Source: Acetobacterales bacterium
GTDB lineage: Bacteria; Pseudomonadota; Alphaproteobacteria; JBBDQX01
Length of the DNA: 48,916 nucleotides
Direction: 5' to 3'
NCBI GenBank assembly: GCA_040905765.1
Contig: JBBDQX010000061.1
Coordinates: 1-48,916 of the forward strand
Below the pieces are notes generated by a model, which saw only the letters and a program-made list of their open reading frames with translations, searched no databases and was not told where the DNA came from. Numbering within the stretch: position 1 is the stretch's first letter; the number at the start of each line of letters is the position of its first letter. A program made the position numbers and the translations under genes. Of the stretch, positions 38,476-48,873 are shown piece after piece.

Positions 38476-39834
38476 ATGACGCGAAAATTCTTCGGGACCG
38501 ACGGCATCCGCGGCCGCGCCAACAGCCATCCGATGACCGCTGACGTCGCCCTGCGGGTCGGCATGGCGGCGGGTCGCAAGTCTCTCAGGGGCGATCACCA
38601 CCACACCGTCGTCATCGGCAAGGACACCCGGCTCTCCGGCTACATGCTGGAATCGGCGCTGATGGCCGGCTTCACCTCGATGGGCATGGACGTGGTGCTG
38701 CTCGGTCCGATGCCGACGCCGGCGGTGGCGATGCTGACGCGTTCGTTGCGCGCCGACCTCGGGGTGATGATTTCCGCCTCGCACAACCCCTACGAGGACA
38801 ACGGCATCAAGCTGTTCGGACCCGACGGCTTCAAGCTGTCGGACGAGGAGGAGACCGAGATCGAGCAGATCATGGAGGAGCCGCTCGAGTCGCTGGTCGC
38901 TGCCGCCGACAAGGTGGGCCGGGCGCGGCGGCTGGAGGATGCCGACGGCCGGTACATCGAGTTCGCCAAGAACACCTTCCCGAAGCGCTTTCGTCTCGAC
39001 GGGCTGAAGATCGTCTGCGACTGCGCCCATGGCGCCGCCTATCGTGTCGCGCCGCAGGTGTTCTGGGAGCTAGGAGCCGATGTCGTCGGCATCGGCGTCA
39101 AGCCGGACGGGCGGAATATCAATGCCGGCTGCGGCTCGACCGAGATCGATGCGCTGTGCAAGGAGGTCAGGGCCCAGGGTGCCGACCTCGGCGTCGCCTT
39201 CGATGGCGATGCCGACCGTGTCCTGCTGGTCGACGAGAAGGGGGCCGTGGTCGACGGCGACCAGATACTCGGTCTGATCGCGGATTTCTGGAACCGCGCC
39301 GGCATGCTTCGCGGCGGCGGGATTGTCGCGACGGTGATGTCGAACCTCGGGTTGGAGCGTTATCTGCAGGCGCGCGGCCTCGGCCTGGAGCGAACCAAGG
39401 TGGGCGACCGCTACGTCATGGAGAAGATGGTCGGATCAGGATTCAACGTCGGAGGCGAACAGTCCGGCCATGTCATCCTCACCGATCACACCACCACCGG
39501 CGACGGCCTGATCGCGGCGCTGCAGGTGCTGACGGTGCTGGTCGAGGAGCAGAGCCCCGCCAGCGAGGTCTGCCGGGCCTTCGAGCCGTTGCCGCAGGTG
39601 CTGCGCAACGTCAGCGTGACGGGGCGCGCGCCGCTCGACAGGTCCGACGTGATGGAGGCGATCCGCGCCGGAGAGACCTCCCTCGGGAAGAACGGCCGCC
39701 TGCTGATCCGCCCCTCTGGAACCGAGCCGGTGGTGCGGGTCATGGCGGAGGGTGAGGACAGGAAGCTGGTGGCCAGCGTGGTCGAACAGATCGTCGTCGC
39801 CATCGAGCGTGCGGCGGCCGACGCCGCAGCCTGA
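38476..39834 (+). CDS. glmM: Phosphoglucosamine mutase
   Basis: [13 protein letters not shown]..., [23 protein letters not shown] and GGEQSGH. Confidence 0.96.
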   Translation: MTRKFFGTDGIRGRANSHPMTADVALRVGMAAGRKSLRGDHHHTVVIGKDTRLSGYMLESALMAGFTSMGMDVVLLGPMPTPAVAMLTRSLRADLGVMISASHNPYEDNGIKLFGPDGFKLSDEEETEIEQIMEEPLESLVAAADKVGRARRLEDADGRYIEFAKNTFPKRFRLDGLKIVCDCAHGAAYRVAPQVFWELGADVVGIGVKPDGRNINAGCGSTEIDALCKEVRAQGADLGVAFDGDADRVLLVDEKGAVVDGDQILGLIADFWNRAGMLRGGGIVATVMSNLGLERYLQARGLGLERTKVGDRYVMEKMVGSGFNVGGEQSGHVILTDHTTTGDGLIAALQVLTVLVEEQSPASEVCRAFEPLPQVLRNVSVTGRAPLDRSDVMEAIRAGETSLGKNGRLLIRPSGTEPVVRVMAEGEDRKLVASVVEQIVVAIERAAADAAA

Positions 39835-39851
39835 ACACGGGCGCCCGCCAC

Positions 39852-40649
39852 ATGAAGGGACGCGTGCTGATCGTCGCCGGCTCCGACTCCGGCGGGGGGG
39901 CCGGCATTCAGGGCGACCTCAAGACTGTGACCATGCTGGGCGCCTACGGCGCGACGGCGATCACCGCGCTCACCGCGCAGAATACGCAGGGCGTGTTCGG
40001 CGTGCACGAGGTGCCGCGCGACTTCATCCGCCAGCAGATGGAACTGGTGCTGCAGGACATAGGCGCCGACTGCCTCAAGACCGGCATGCTCCACAGCGCG
40101 CCGGTGATCGAGACGGTGATGCGTGCGGTGGAGGAACTGGCTCCCGATACGCCGCTGGTCGCCGATCCGGTGATGGTGGCGAAGGGAGGGCATGCGCTGC
40201 TGGATCCGGCCGCAGTGGAGACGCTGAAACGCCTTGTCCTTCCGCGTGCTTCACTCCTGACGCCGAATGTCCCGGAAGCCGAGGCGCTGTGCGGCCTTCG
40301 GATCGCCGGTCGGGAGGAGATGATCGGCGCCGCCGAGGCGCTGAAGGGCCTTGGCGCCCGGGCGGTGCTGCTGAAGGGGGGGCATCTGTCGGGCCCCACC
40401 GTGGCCGACCTGCTGTTCACGGCGGACGGTCCTGAGTTCTTCGAGGCGCCGCGCATCGATACGGTCCACACGCACGGCACCGGCTGTACCACCGCCTCGG
40501 CCGTCGCGGCCGGGCTGGCACAAGGCATGCCGCTGCGCGATTCAATCGCGCGGGCACTAGCCTACGTCCGTCGGGCGATCGAACGCGCCCCGGGGTTCGG
40601 CAAGGGACACGGGCCACTCGATCACGCCCACCCCCTTGACCGGGGTTGA
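39852..40649 (+). CDS. thiD: Hydroxymethylpyrimidine/phosphomethylpyrimidine kinase
   Basis: VLIVAGSDSGGGAGIQGDLKT...LKTGML...DPVMVAKGG...LLTPN...KGGH...HGTGCTTASA. Confidence 0.93.
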   Translation: MKGRVLIVAGSDSGGGAGIQGDLKTVTMLGAYGATAITALTAQNTQGVFGVHEVPRDFIRQQMELVLQDIGADCLKTGMLHSAPVIETVMRAVEELAPDTPLVADPVMVAKGGHALLDPAAVETLKRLVLPRASLLTPNVPEAEALCGLRIAGREEMIGAAEALKGLGARAVLLKGGHLSGPTVADLLFTADGPEFFEAPRIDTVHTHGTGCTTASAVAAGLAQGMPLRDSIARALAYVRRAIERAPGFGKGHGPLDHAHPLDRG

Positions 40650-40794
40650 CGGGCCGGATTCGGCCTCCGACCCCGTTCGGCGGAGTGGGGTCTCCGTCCT
40701 CCGATTCGCCTAAGCCTCTGAAGTAAAACCGGCTTCGGGAACCTGCGCAGGCGTTGCATGGCGCCATTTGACGCAGCGCAGCACAACCCGTTAA

Positions 40795-40882
40795 GGTCCC
40801 GCCCTCTCCGGCGGGCCACAATCCGCAGTTACTGGTCCGCCGCATTTCGGACCGAGATTCCCTTGACCGCCCGGAGCCTGCC
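40795..40882 (+). promoter_or_regulatory. Structured serC 5' leader (candidate alphaproteobacterial serC-leader-type element)
   Basis: Hairpins GGUCCCGCC-CUCUCC-GGCGGGCC (40795-40817) and GGUCCG-N8-CGGACC (40834-40853). The CUCCGGCGGG segment is largely complementary to the SD region CCGCCCGGAG (40867-40876). Confidence 0.35.
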
Positions 40883-42058
40883 ATGAGCCAACCGACCAAA
40901 CCCGACGTTCGACCGAAGCGTGCCGATTTCAGTTCCGGTCCGTGTGCCAAGCGGCCAGGCTGGTCTCCGGCCGCGCTGTCGGGCGCGTTCCTCGGACGGT
41001 CGCACCGGGCCAAGGCGCCGAAGGCGCGTATCCAGGAAGTCTCCGACCGCAGCCGCGCGATCCTCGGCATGCCGGAAGACTGGCTGCTCGGCATCGTGCC
41101 GGCGTCGGACACCGGCGCCGTGGAGATGGTGTTGTGGTCCATGCTGGGCGCCCGCGGCGTCGACATACTTTCCTGGGAAAGCTTCGGAGCCGGTTGGGCG
41201 ACCGACGTGACCAAGCAGCTCAAGCTGAAGGACTGCCGCGTCATCGAGGCGGACTATGGCAAGCTGCCCGACCTGTCCCAGGTCGACTGGACGCGCGATG
41301 TCGTGTTCACCTGGAACGGCACCACCTCCGGCGTCCGGGTGCCGGACGGCGCGTGGATCGACGCCGACCGCGAGGGGCTGGCCATCTGCGACGCCACCTC
41401 GGCGGCATTCGCCATGCACCTGCCCTGGGAGCGGCTCGACGTCGTCACATGGTCCTGGCAGAAGGTGCTGGGCGGAGAGGCGCAGCACGGGATGCTGGCG
41501 CTGAGCCCGCGGGCGGTGGAGCGGCTGGAAAGCTACACGCCGCCGTGGCCGCTGCCGAAGATCTTCCGCATGACCAAGGGCGGCAAGCTCAACGCCGATA
41601 TTTTCAAGGGGGCGACCATCAACACCCCTTCGATGCTGTGCGTCGAGGACGCCGTCGACGGGTTGAAATGGGCGGAGTCGGCCGGCGGACTCGAGGGGCT
41701 GGTCGCCCGTGCCGAGACCAACCTGGCCGCGGTGGCCGACTGGGCCGGCGAGCGGGACTGGGTGGATTTCCTCGCCGAGGACCCGGCGACCCGCTCCTGC
41801 ACCTCGATCTGTCTGAAGATCGTCGCGCCCTGGTTCAAGGCTCTTTCGGAGAAGGACCAGGCGGCGGCGGCGAAGCGGGTCGTGTCGCTGCTCGAGTCCG
41901 AGCACGTTGCCTACGACATCGGCAGCTACCGCGACGCCCCTCCCGGGCTGCGGATATGGGGCGGCGCGACCGTCGAGATCGACGACCTGCGCACGCTGCT
42001 GCCGTGGCTCGACTGGGCCGTGGCCACAGTCGCCGAAGAACTTACGGAGAAAGCCTGA
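40883..42058 (+). CDS. serC: Phosphoserine aminotransferase (alphaproteobacterial/archaeal-type SerC)
   Basis: 391 aa. [12 protein letters not shown]...ASDTGAVEM...SWQKVLGGE. Directly upstream of serA. Confidence 0.88.
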   Translation: MSQPTKPDVRPKRADFSSGPCAKRPGWSPAALSGAFLGRSHRAKAPKARIQEVSDRSRAILGMPEDWLLGIVPASDTGAVEMVLWSMLGARGVDILSWESFGAGWATDVTKQLKLKDCRVIEADYGKLPDLSQVDWTRDVVFTWNGTTSGVRVPDGAWIDADREGLAICDATSAAFAMHLPWERLDVVTWSWQKVLGGEAQHGMLALSPRAVERLESYTPPWPLPKIFRMTKGGKLNADIFKGATINTPSMLCVEDAVDGLKWAESAGGLEGLVARAETNLAAVADWAGERDWVDFLAEDPATRSCTSICLKIVAPWFKALSEKDQAAAAKRVVSLLESEHVAYDIGSYRDAPPGLRIWGGATVEIDDLRTLLPWLDWAVATVAEELTEKA

Positions 42059-42061
42059 TAC

Positions 42062-43639
42062 ATGCCTAAAGTCCTGATTTCCGACAAGCTCAGCCCCACC
42101 TCGGTGGAGATTTTCGAACGCCACGGCATCGAGGTCGATTACAGTCCGGGCCTGTCGAAGGAAGATCTCATCAAGCGCATCGGCGAGTTCGACGGGCTCG
42201 CCGTCCGCTCCGCGACCAAGGTGACCAAGGAGGTCCTCGCGGCGGCGCCGAACCTGCGGGTGATCGGCCGCGCCGGCATCGGCGTCGACAACATCGACGT
42301 CGAGGGAGCCACGGCCGCCGGAGTCGTCGTGATGAACGCGCCCTTCGGCAACACCATCACCACCGCCGAGCACGCCCTCGCGATGATGATGGCACTGGCC
42401 CGCGAAATCCCGATCGCCAACGCCTCCGTGCGGTCCGGCAAGTGGGAGAAGAGCAAGTTCATGGGCGTCGAGCTGTTCAACAAGACGCTCGGCCTGATCG
42501 GCGTCGGCAACATCGGATCGATCGTCGCCGACCGCGCCCTCGGCCTGAAGATGAAGGTCGTTGCCTTCGACCCGTTCCTGTCGCCGGAGCGGGCGGCGGA
42601 CCTCGGCGTCGAGAAGGTGGAACTGGACGACCTGCTCGGTCGGGCGGATTTCATCACGGTACACACGCCGCTCAACGACCAGACCCGCGACATGATCGAC
42701 GCCAAGGCGATCGCCAAGACCCGCAAGGGCGTGCGCATCATCAACTGCGCACGCGGGGGCATCGTCAACGAGGCGGCGCTGAAGGAGGCGCTGGACTCCG
42801 GGCACGTGGCGGGGGCGGCCCTTGATGTGTTCGTCGAGGAGCCCCCGAAGGACAACCCCCTGATCGGCCTCGACAACGTGGTTGTCACGCCGCATCTCGG
42901 CGCCTCGACCGAGGAGGCGCAGGAGAACGTCGCGCTGCATATAGCCGAGCAGATGTCGGCCTATCTGAACAGCGGCGCCGTGATGAACGCGATCAACATG
43001 CCGTCCGTCAGTGCCGAGGATGCGCCGCGCCTGCGCCCGTACATGACGCTGGTCGAGCAGCTCGGCGGCTTCGCGGGACAGCTTGTCGAATCGTCGATCA
43101 GTGAGATCACCATCGAGTACGCCGGCAACGTGGCGGCGCTCAACACCCGGCCGCTTACTTCGGTGCTGGTCGCGGGGCTGCTGCGTCCCTCGCTCGACAA
43201 CGTCAACCTGGTCAACGCGCCGGTGATCGCCAGGGAACGCAACATCAAGGTCAGCGAGGTCAAGACCGACCATGTCGAGGAATACCAGACGCTGGTAAGG
43301 CTGACCGTGAAGTGCGAGCGGCAGTCGACTTCCATCGCCGGCACGCTGGTGATCGACCGCAAGCCGCGGATCGTCGAGGTGAGCGGCATTCCGGTGGAGG
43401 CGTCACTCGGACCGAACATGCTGTACGTCACCAACCGCGATCAGCCAGGTTTCATCGGCAGCCTCGGTTCCGCGCTGGGCGAGGCAGGTATCAACATCGC
43501 GACATTCAACCTCGGCCGCACCGGGCCGCAGGGCGATGCGATGTCGCTGATCGAGGTCGATCAGCCGATCCCGGAGGAGGTGCTGGGCCGCCTCAAGGAA
43601 CTGCCGCTCGTGGTGCAGGCGAAGGCGCTGCGGTTCTAG
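42062..43639 (+). CDS. serA: D-3-phosphoglycerate dehydrogenase (long form with ASB and ACT domains)
   Basis: 525 aa. LGLIGVGNIGS, INCARGGIV, TPHLGAST and a C-terminal ACT-like region. Confidence 0.95.
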   Translation: MPKVLISDKLSPTSVEIFERHGIEVDYSPGLSKEDLIKRIGEFDGLAVRSATKVTKEVLAAAPNLRVIGRAGIGVDNIDVEGATAAGVVVMNAPFGNTITTAEHALAMMMALAREIPIANASVRSGKWEKSKFMGVELFNKTLGLIGVGNIGSIVADRALGLKMKVVAFDPFLSPERAADLGVEKVELDDLLGRADFITVHTPLNDQTRDMIDAKAIAKTRKGVRIINCARGGIVNEAALKEALDSGHVAGAALDVFVEEPPKDNPLIGLDNVVVTPHLGASTEEAQENVALHIAEQMSAYLNSGAVMNAINMPSVSAEDAPRLRPYMTLVEQLGGFAGQLVESSISEITIEYAGNVAALNTRPLTSVLVAGLLRPSLDNVNLVNAPVIARERNIKVSEVKTDHVEEYQTLVRLTVKCERQSTSIAGTLVIDRKPRIVEVSGIPVEASLGPNMLYVTNRDQPGFIGSLGSALGEAGINIATFNLGRTGPQGDAMSLIEVDQPIPEEVLGRLKELPLVVQAKALRF

Positions 43640-43721
43640 ACAAGGAAGTACGGGCAGCTTGCTGGCTCTGTCGCGGCCGGAGTGCTAAAAGCGCCGCGCC
43701 AAGACCTTCCCGCGAGAATCG

Positions 43722-44891
43722 ATGTCCGGACCCGATAACCGAGCGCTGCTTCCTGCCGGTCTCCGCGATGTGCTGCCGCCCGATGCGGAGCGCGAGGCGG
43801 ATACCGTCGAGCGCCTGCTGGCCCATTGCGCGGGCTTTGGCTACGAGCGCGTCAAGCCGCCGTTGCTGGAGTTCGAGGAAGGCCTGCTGAGCGGCGCCGG
43901 CGCGTCGGCTACCGCGCAGGCGTTCAGGCTGATGGACCCGCTGTCCCAGCGGATGATGGCGCTGCGCCCAGATATGACCATCCAGGTGGCGCGCATCGCC
44001 GCATCGCGGCTCGCCGCCGCGCCGCGGCCGCTGCGTCTGTCCTATGCGGGGCAGGTGCTGCGGGCGCGCGGCGACCAGCTGCAGCCGGAGCGGCAGTTCA
44101 ATCAGGCCGGGCTCGAGTTGATCGGTCCGGCATCGCCGGCCGCCGATGCGGAAGTGGTGAGCGTGACGGTGGGAGCCCTCGAAGCCGTCGGAGCGAGGGA
44201 TCTTTCGATCGACTTCAACCTCCCCGGCGCGCTTTCCGCCATAGCAGCCGACGCGGCGTTGCCGGAGGGCGACCTCGCGGATCTCCGCGCCGCGCTCGAC
44301 CGCAAGGACCGCGAAGCGGTTGCCGCGGCAGGGGGCGCCGCCGGACGGACCCTGGCGGCCCTGATGGACGCTGCGGGGCCCGCCGACGCGGCGCTGTCGC
44401 GGCTGCGTGAGACGGCCCTGCCGGCAGCGGCCAGGGCGGACTCCGATCACCTCGCGGAGGTGGTGGCACAGGTGGCGGCGCGCTGCCCGTCGCTGACGCT
44501 GTCGGTCGATCCGGTCGACTTTCGTGGCTTCGAGTATCACGAGACGATCAGCTTCTCCCTGTTTTCGCTGGCGGCACGAGGCGAGCTCGGCCGGGGCGGG
44601 CGCTACCGTGTGGAAGGGGAGCCGGCGACCGGCTTTTCTCTGGCCATGGACCGCGTCCTGCGGGCCTTGCCACCGTCGGAGCCACGGCGGCGGGCGCTGG
44701 TCGCCGCCTCTTTGCCCGCCGATGCCACGCTGGCGCTGCGGCGCGAAGGCTGGGCCACTATCGCTACGTTCGAGGCGGAGGCGGACCGCGATACATTGCT
44801 GGCCGAGGCGCATCGCCTCGGGTGTACCCACCTTGTGACGGCCGAGGGGCTGGAGGCGATCCCGCCCGCCGGCGACGGCAACGGAGAGTGA
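43722..44891 (+). CDS. hisZ: ATP phosphoribosyltransferase regulatory subunit HisZ
   Basis: 389 aa. LPAGLRDVLPP...GYERVKPPLLEF...FRLMDP...LRPDMT... is class-II aaRS-like and His-RS-related. Confidence 0.85.
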   Translation: MSGPDNRALLPAGLRDVLPPDAEREADTVERLLAHCAGFGYERVKPPLLEFEEGLLSGAGASATAQAFRLMDPLSQRMMALRPDMTIQVARIAASRLAAAPRPLRLSYAGQVLRARGDQLQPERQFNQAGLELIGPASPAADAEVVSVTVGALEAVGARDLSIDFNLPGALSAIAADAALPEGDLADLRAALDRKDREAVAAAGGAAGRTLAALMDAAGPADAALSRLRETALPAAARADSDHLAEVVAQVAARCPSLTLSVDPVDFRGFEYHETISFSLFSLAARGELGRGGRYRVEGEPATGFSLAMDRVLRALPPSEPRRRALVAASLPADATLALRREGWATIATFEAEADRDTLLAEAHRLGCTHLVTAEGLEAIPPAGDGNGE

Positions 44892-44894
44892 CGA

Positions 44895-46184
44895 ATGGCG
44901 AACGTTGCGGTGATCGGCTCGCAGTGGGGCGACGAAGGCAAGGGAAAGGTGGTGGACTGGCTGTCCAAGCGCGCCGACGTGGTAGTGCGCTTTCAGGGGG
45001 GGCATAACGCCGGCCATACCCTCGTTATCGGTAACTCCACCTACAAGCTGAGCCTGCTGCCTTCCGGCGTCGTGCGCGGCAAGCTGTCGGTGATCGGCAA
45101 TGGCGTCGTCGTCGATCCGTGGGCGCTGCTTTCCGAGATCGAAACTCTCCGCAAGCAGGGCGTGGAGGTGACGCCGGAAGTCCTTCGCGTCGCCGACAAT
45201 GCCACGCTGATCCTGCCCTTCTACCCCGACATCGACAGGGCTCGCGAGGAAGCGCGCGGCAAGGACAAGATCGGCACGACCGGTCGCGGTATCGGCCCGG
45301 CCTACGAGGACAAGGTGGCCCGCCGGGCGATCCGCCTCTGCGACCTCGCCGATCGAGATGTGGTGGAACAGAAGCTGGACCACTTGCTGTTCCACCATAA
45401 TGCGGTGATGCGCGGGCTCGGCGCGGCGGAGATCGACCGCGCCGCCGTACTGCAGAAGCTGATGGACGTGGCGCCGAGGGTGCTGCCGTTCGCAGACCGT
45501 GTATGGAGCCGGCTGGATGCCGAGCGCCGCGCCGGCCGCCGCATCCTGTTCGAGGGCGCCCAGGGAATCATGCTGGACGTCGATCACGGCACCTATCCGT
45601 TCGTCACCTCCTCCAACACCGTTTCGGCGCTGGCGGCGGCCGGTTCGGGCGTGGGGCCGGATGCCGTCGGTTATGTCCTCGGCATCACCAAGGCGTACAC
45701 GACGCGGGTCGGCAGCGGGCCTTTCCCGACCGAGCAGAACAACGAGATCGGCAAGCGCCTTGGAGAGCGGGGGCACGAGTTCGGGGTCGTCACCGGCCGC
45801 AAGCGGCGCTGCGGCTGGTTCGATGCCGTGCTGGTGCGCCAGGCGGTGCGCGTGGGTGGCATCAAGGGCATCTGCCTGACCAAGCTCGACGTGCTGGACG
45901 GCTTCGACGAGATCTGCGTCTGCACCGGCTATCGCATCGGCGACACGGCCTACGATCACCTGCCGGCCTCGATGCGACTGCAGGCACAGGTCGAGCCGGT
46001 CTACGAGACCTTCGAGGGCTGGGGTGACAGTACCCGGGGCGCGCGCACCTGGGCGGACCTTCCGGCGACCGCCATCAAGTACATCCGCCGGATCGAGGAA
46101 CTGATCGGGGCGCCGGTGGCGATGCTGTCCACCAGTCCCGAGCGCGAGGACACCATCCTTGTGCATGACCCGTTCGAGGACTGA
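44895..46184 (+). CDS. purA: Adenylosuccinate synthase
   Basis: [43 protein letters not shown] and TKLDVLDG. Confidence 0.98.
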   Translation: MANVAVIGSQWGDEGKGKVVDWLSKRADVVVRFQGGHNAGHTLVIGNSTYKLSLLPSGVVRGKLSVIGNGVVVDPWALLSEIETLRKQGVEVTPEVLRVADNATLILPFYPDIDRAREEARGKDKIGTTGRGIGPAYEDKVARRAIRLCDLADRDVVEQKLDHLLFHHNAVMRGLGAAEIDRAAVLQKLMDVAPRVLPFADRVWSRLDAERRAGRRILFEGAQGIMLDVDHGTYPFVTSSNTVSALAAAGSGVGPDAVGYVLGITKAYTTRVGSGPFPTEQNNEIGKRLGERGHEFGVVTGRKRRCGWFDAVLVRQAVRVGGIKGICLTKLDVLDGFDEICVCTGYRIGDTAYDHLPASMRLQAQVEPVYETFEGWGDSTRGARTWADLPATAIKYIRRIEELIGAPVAMLSTSPEREDTILVHDPFED

Positions 46185-46218
46185 CCGCGCTTCCTGCGGA
46201 TGTCGTCTCGCCAAGTCT

Positions 46219-46242
46219 CTGTTAATATTCTTCCGTTAACAG
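46219..46242. promoter_or_regulatory. AT-rich inverted repeat CTGTTAA-N10-TTAACAG upstream of the kinase-like gene
   Basis: Read from the sequence. It lies 37 nt upstream of the TTG start at 46279. Confidence 0.25.
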
Positions 46243-46278
46243 GAGAGCCGTTCCGGGGGTAGCGGGGGAACAGGCGCA

Positions 46279-48303
46279 TTGGCGAAGGCTCCGGCGGCGG
46301 AAGGGCAGAGTCTCGGCCCGGGCGTCACGCTCAACGATCGCATAATTATCTATCCGGATGGGCCACTGCCCCATCTGGACGGATTCCGCGTGCTCGCCTA
46401 CCGCGCCGAGGACAGGACGGAGCCTGGCCGCGAACTGGTCGCCTACGCCTGCACCCATGGGCTGCCGGTCCGCTCCAGGGACATGGAGTCGGTCGCCGGA
46501 ATGGAAGCGGTAGGCTGGCTCGGATTGATCGATTCCGGAACTGTCCGGTGGCCGCTGAGCAGTTCCCAAGTGCCGATGGTCGTGTACCAGGTGCCGGGCG
46601 GCAACCGACTCATGCACCAGATCAACCAGAAGATCCGCCCGGTACAGGATACAGACCTCGCCCGGCGTGTGGCGCAACCGGTCGCGAATGCCCTGCGCGA
46701 GCTACGTGCGCGCGGAGTGACCCACCGCGCGGTGCGTCCGACCAACATGTTCCTGTCGGCGGAGCGTGGCGGGCCGGTGATCCTCGGCGATTGCTTCACC
46801 ACCCCGCCCGGGATGGGACAGCCCGCGGTGATGGAGCCGATCGAGAGCGGCCAGTGCCGGCCGGAGGGGCGCGGCGAGGGCATCTTCGCCGACGACCTCT
46901 ATGCGCTCGGCGTCACCATGCTGATCCTCTATCTCGGCCAGAACCCGGCGGCCAATGTCGACGATGGCGCCATGATCCTTGCCAAGATCGAGCGCGGCAG
47001 CTTCGGTGCGCTGCTCGGCGATCACCGCCTGTCGCCCCTGATGAACGACGCCATCCGGGGCCTGCTGCACGACGAACTGGACCGCCGCTGGACGCTGGAC
47101 GATCTCGATGCCTGGATCGACGGCACGGCCGCCAAGGCGGCGGTACCGCGGCCGGAAGGACGGGCGACACGCTCGCTGAAGTTCGTCGGACGCGACCACT
47201 ACACCACCCGTGGCCTTGCCTGGACGCTCTGCCGGAACTGGTCGTCCGGGCCGACTCTCATGCGCGGCGAGGAGTTGGACGCCTGGCTGCGGCGCAGCGT
47301 CGACGACCCGGACCGGGCGCTACACGTTGCCGCGATCGTGAGGACGATGAACACCGGGCCGGCGGTCGCACGCGAGGCCAATGAGGATATCTCGGTCGCC
47401 CGCCTGCTCAACGTGCTCGATCCGCTGGGGCCGATCCGCTACAAGGGCATCGCGGCGATGCCGGACGGTCTAGGCCCCTGCATCGCCATGTCGTTCCTGG
47501 AGCGCAACGACGTCCCGCTGTTCTCGGAGATGCTGCGCCGGGACATCCCGCATTACTGGTTCGAGACGCGGCAGGATCCTAACTGGGGAGCCGAGGAAAG
47601 CCGCATTTCCAGCCTGCGTCAGACCGTGGCGCGGCCGAACTGGGGGCATGGCATCGAGCGGGTGCTGTACGAACTCAATCCGACGCTGGCCTGCCAGAGC
47701 CCGCTCCTGAAAGACGACAACGTCAGCCGGCTGCCGCACCTGCTGCCCGTGCTGGACGGAAAGGTCGGCAAGGTGGAGCGTGGCACGCTCCCCGTCGACC
47801 GGCATATCGCCGCGTTCATCGCCCGCCACTTCAGCGACAGCGTCGACGGTCAGCTTGCGATGATCAGCGACGACGCGGATCGCGATCGCCGGATACTCGG
47901 CGTGGTGAACCTCTATGCCACCCTGCAGTGGAAGCTTGGTCCGAAGTCCCTGCCGGGACTGGCGACGTGGCTGGGGCGCCTAGCGGATCCGATCATCGAT
48001 AGCTACCGCAGCCGGAGCACCCGCGACCGCTTGCGCTCGCAACTGCCCTCGGTGCTGGAGAGAGGCGACCTCGCCGCCCTGAACAATCTTCTCGACAGCC
48101 AGGACACGCGGCAGGAGGACCGTTCGGCGTTCGATGAGGCCGTGGCGCGTTATGCGGAGACCCGCTCGGAGATCGACGATCTGGAGGTTTCCGGAGCCGC
48201 CCGCCGCGACGAAGCGGTGCGGATCGGCCAGCAGGCCGCAGCGGTTACGTCTACCCTGGTCGCGATGATCGCGATCGCGATCTTGTTCGTCGTGTCGCTG
48301 TAG
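46279..48303 (+). CDS. Tail-anchored protein with a degenerate Ser/Thr-kinase-like domain (predicted pseudokinase) and a large unknown C-terminal region
   Basis: 674 aa, TTG start. GVTHRAVRPTNMF stands in place of HRDxKxxN, ILGDCF in place of DFG, and DDLYALGVTMLILYLG resembles subdomain IX. C-terminal TM AVTSTLVAMIAIAILFVVSL. Confidence 0.7.
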   Translation: MAKAPAAEGQSLGPGVTLNDRIIIYPDGPLPHLDGFRVLAYRAEDRTEPGRELVAYACTHGLPVRSRDMESVAGMEAVGWLGLIDSGTVRWPLSSSQVPMVVYQVPGGNRLMHQINQKIRPVQDTDLARRVAQPVANALRELRARGVTHRAVRPTNMFLSAERGGPVILGDCFTTPPGMGQPAVMEPIESGQCRPEGRGEGIFADDLYALGVTMLILYLGQNPAANVDDGAMILAKIERGSFGALLGDHRLSPLMNDAIRGLLHDELDRRWTLDDLDAWIDGTAAKAAVPRPEGRATRSLKFVGRDHYTTRGLAWTLCRNWSSGPTLMRGEELDAWLRRSVDDPDRALHVAAIVRTMNTGPAVAREANEDISVARLLNVLDPLGPIRYKGIAAMPDGLGPCIAMSFLERNDVPLFSEMLRRDIPHYWFETRQDPNWGAEESRISSLRQTVARPNWGHGIERVLYELNPTLACQSPLLKDDNVSRLPHLLPVLDGKVGKVERGTLPVDRHIAAFIARHFSDSVDGQLAMISDDADRDRRILGVVNLYATLQWKLGPKSLPGLATWLGRLADPIIDSYRSRSTRDRLRSQLPSVLERGDLAALNNLLDSQDTRQEDRSAFDEAVARYAETRSEIDDLEVSGAARRDEAVRIGQQAAAVTSTLVAMIAIAILFVVSL

Positions 48304-48309
48304 GCCACG

Positions 48310-48873
48310 ATGGCACGGTATGCCAGTCCACCCGCCCGGTCGACGTCGCGCACTAACCAGATCCTGATCCTGGTGCTGGTCTCGGCGCTGGTGGTGCTGT
48401 CGCTGCCGACCTGCGTGCTGCTGGCGTTCGGGATGCTGCCCAGCTGGGTCGCCTATTTCGTCGACCGCAGCCACGGCCGCTATGCCTTCCGCTGTGTCGC
48501 CGGGATCAACATTACCGGAGTGGCGCCGTATGCGCTTGGCCTCTGGGCCAAGGACCATTCGCTGATGGACGCGGTCAACATGCTGGTGGATCCGGTATCG
48601 TTGACGGTGATGTACGGCACGGCCGGGATGGGATGGCTGCTCTACCTGGGCATGCCGCCGGTGGTGGGGACTTTCCTCAACATCGCCGCCCAGCGCCGCA
48701 TCCGCGAGCTGCAGGAGACGCAAACCGACCTGATCGCCGAATGGGGCGAGGCGGTTGCGAGCGGTGGTTACGCTTCCGCCGCCTATCAGGCCGACGAGCA
48801 GCCCTCGGACGACGAGGAGATGGACGACGACGAATTCGAGGACGACGACGAGGAAGACGAGATCGTCGAATAA
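48310..48873 (+). CDS. Polytopic membrane protein with polyacidic C-terminal tail
   Basis: 187 aa, 7 nt after the kinase-like gene. About four hydrophobic segments. The tail is SDDEEMDDDEFEDDDEEDEIVE. Confidence 0.65.
   Translation: MARYASPPARSTSRTNQILILVLVSALVVLSLPTCVLLAFGMLPSWVAYFVDRSHGRYAFRCVAGINITGVAPYALGLWAKDHSLMDAVNMLVDPVSLTVMYGTAGMGWLLYLGMPPVVGTFLNIAAQRRIRELQETQTDLIAEWGEAVASGGYASAAYQADEQPSDDEEMDDDEFEDDDEEDEIVE

Noticed and set aside
40829-43273. 814-aa minus-strand ORF (similarly 43593..46214, 873 aa; 33680..35227, 515 aa; 35645..37126, 493 aa; 37095..38579, 494 aa)
   Set aside because: Each lies antisense to unmistakable housekeeping genes (serC/serA, hisZ/purA, tilS, ftsH, folP). 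Their translations are Arg/Gly/Pro/Ala-rich low-complexity sequence. These are typical stop-poor shadow frames of high-GC DNA.
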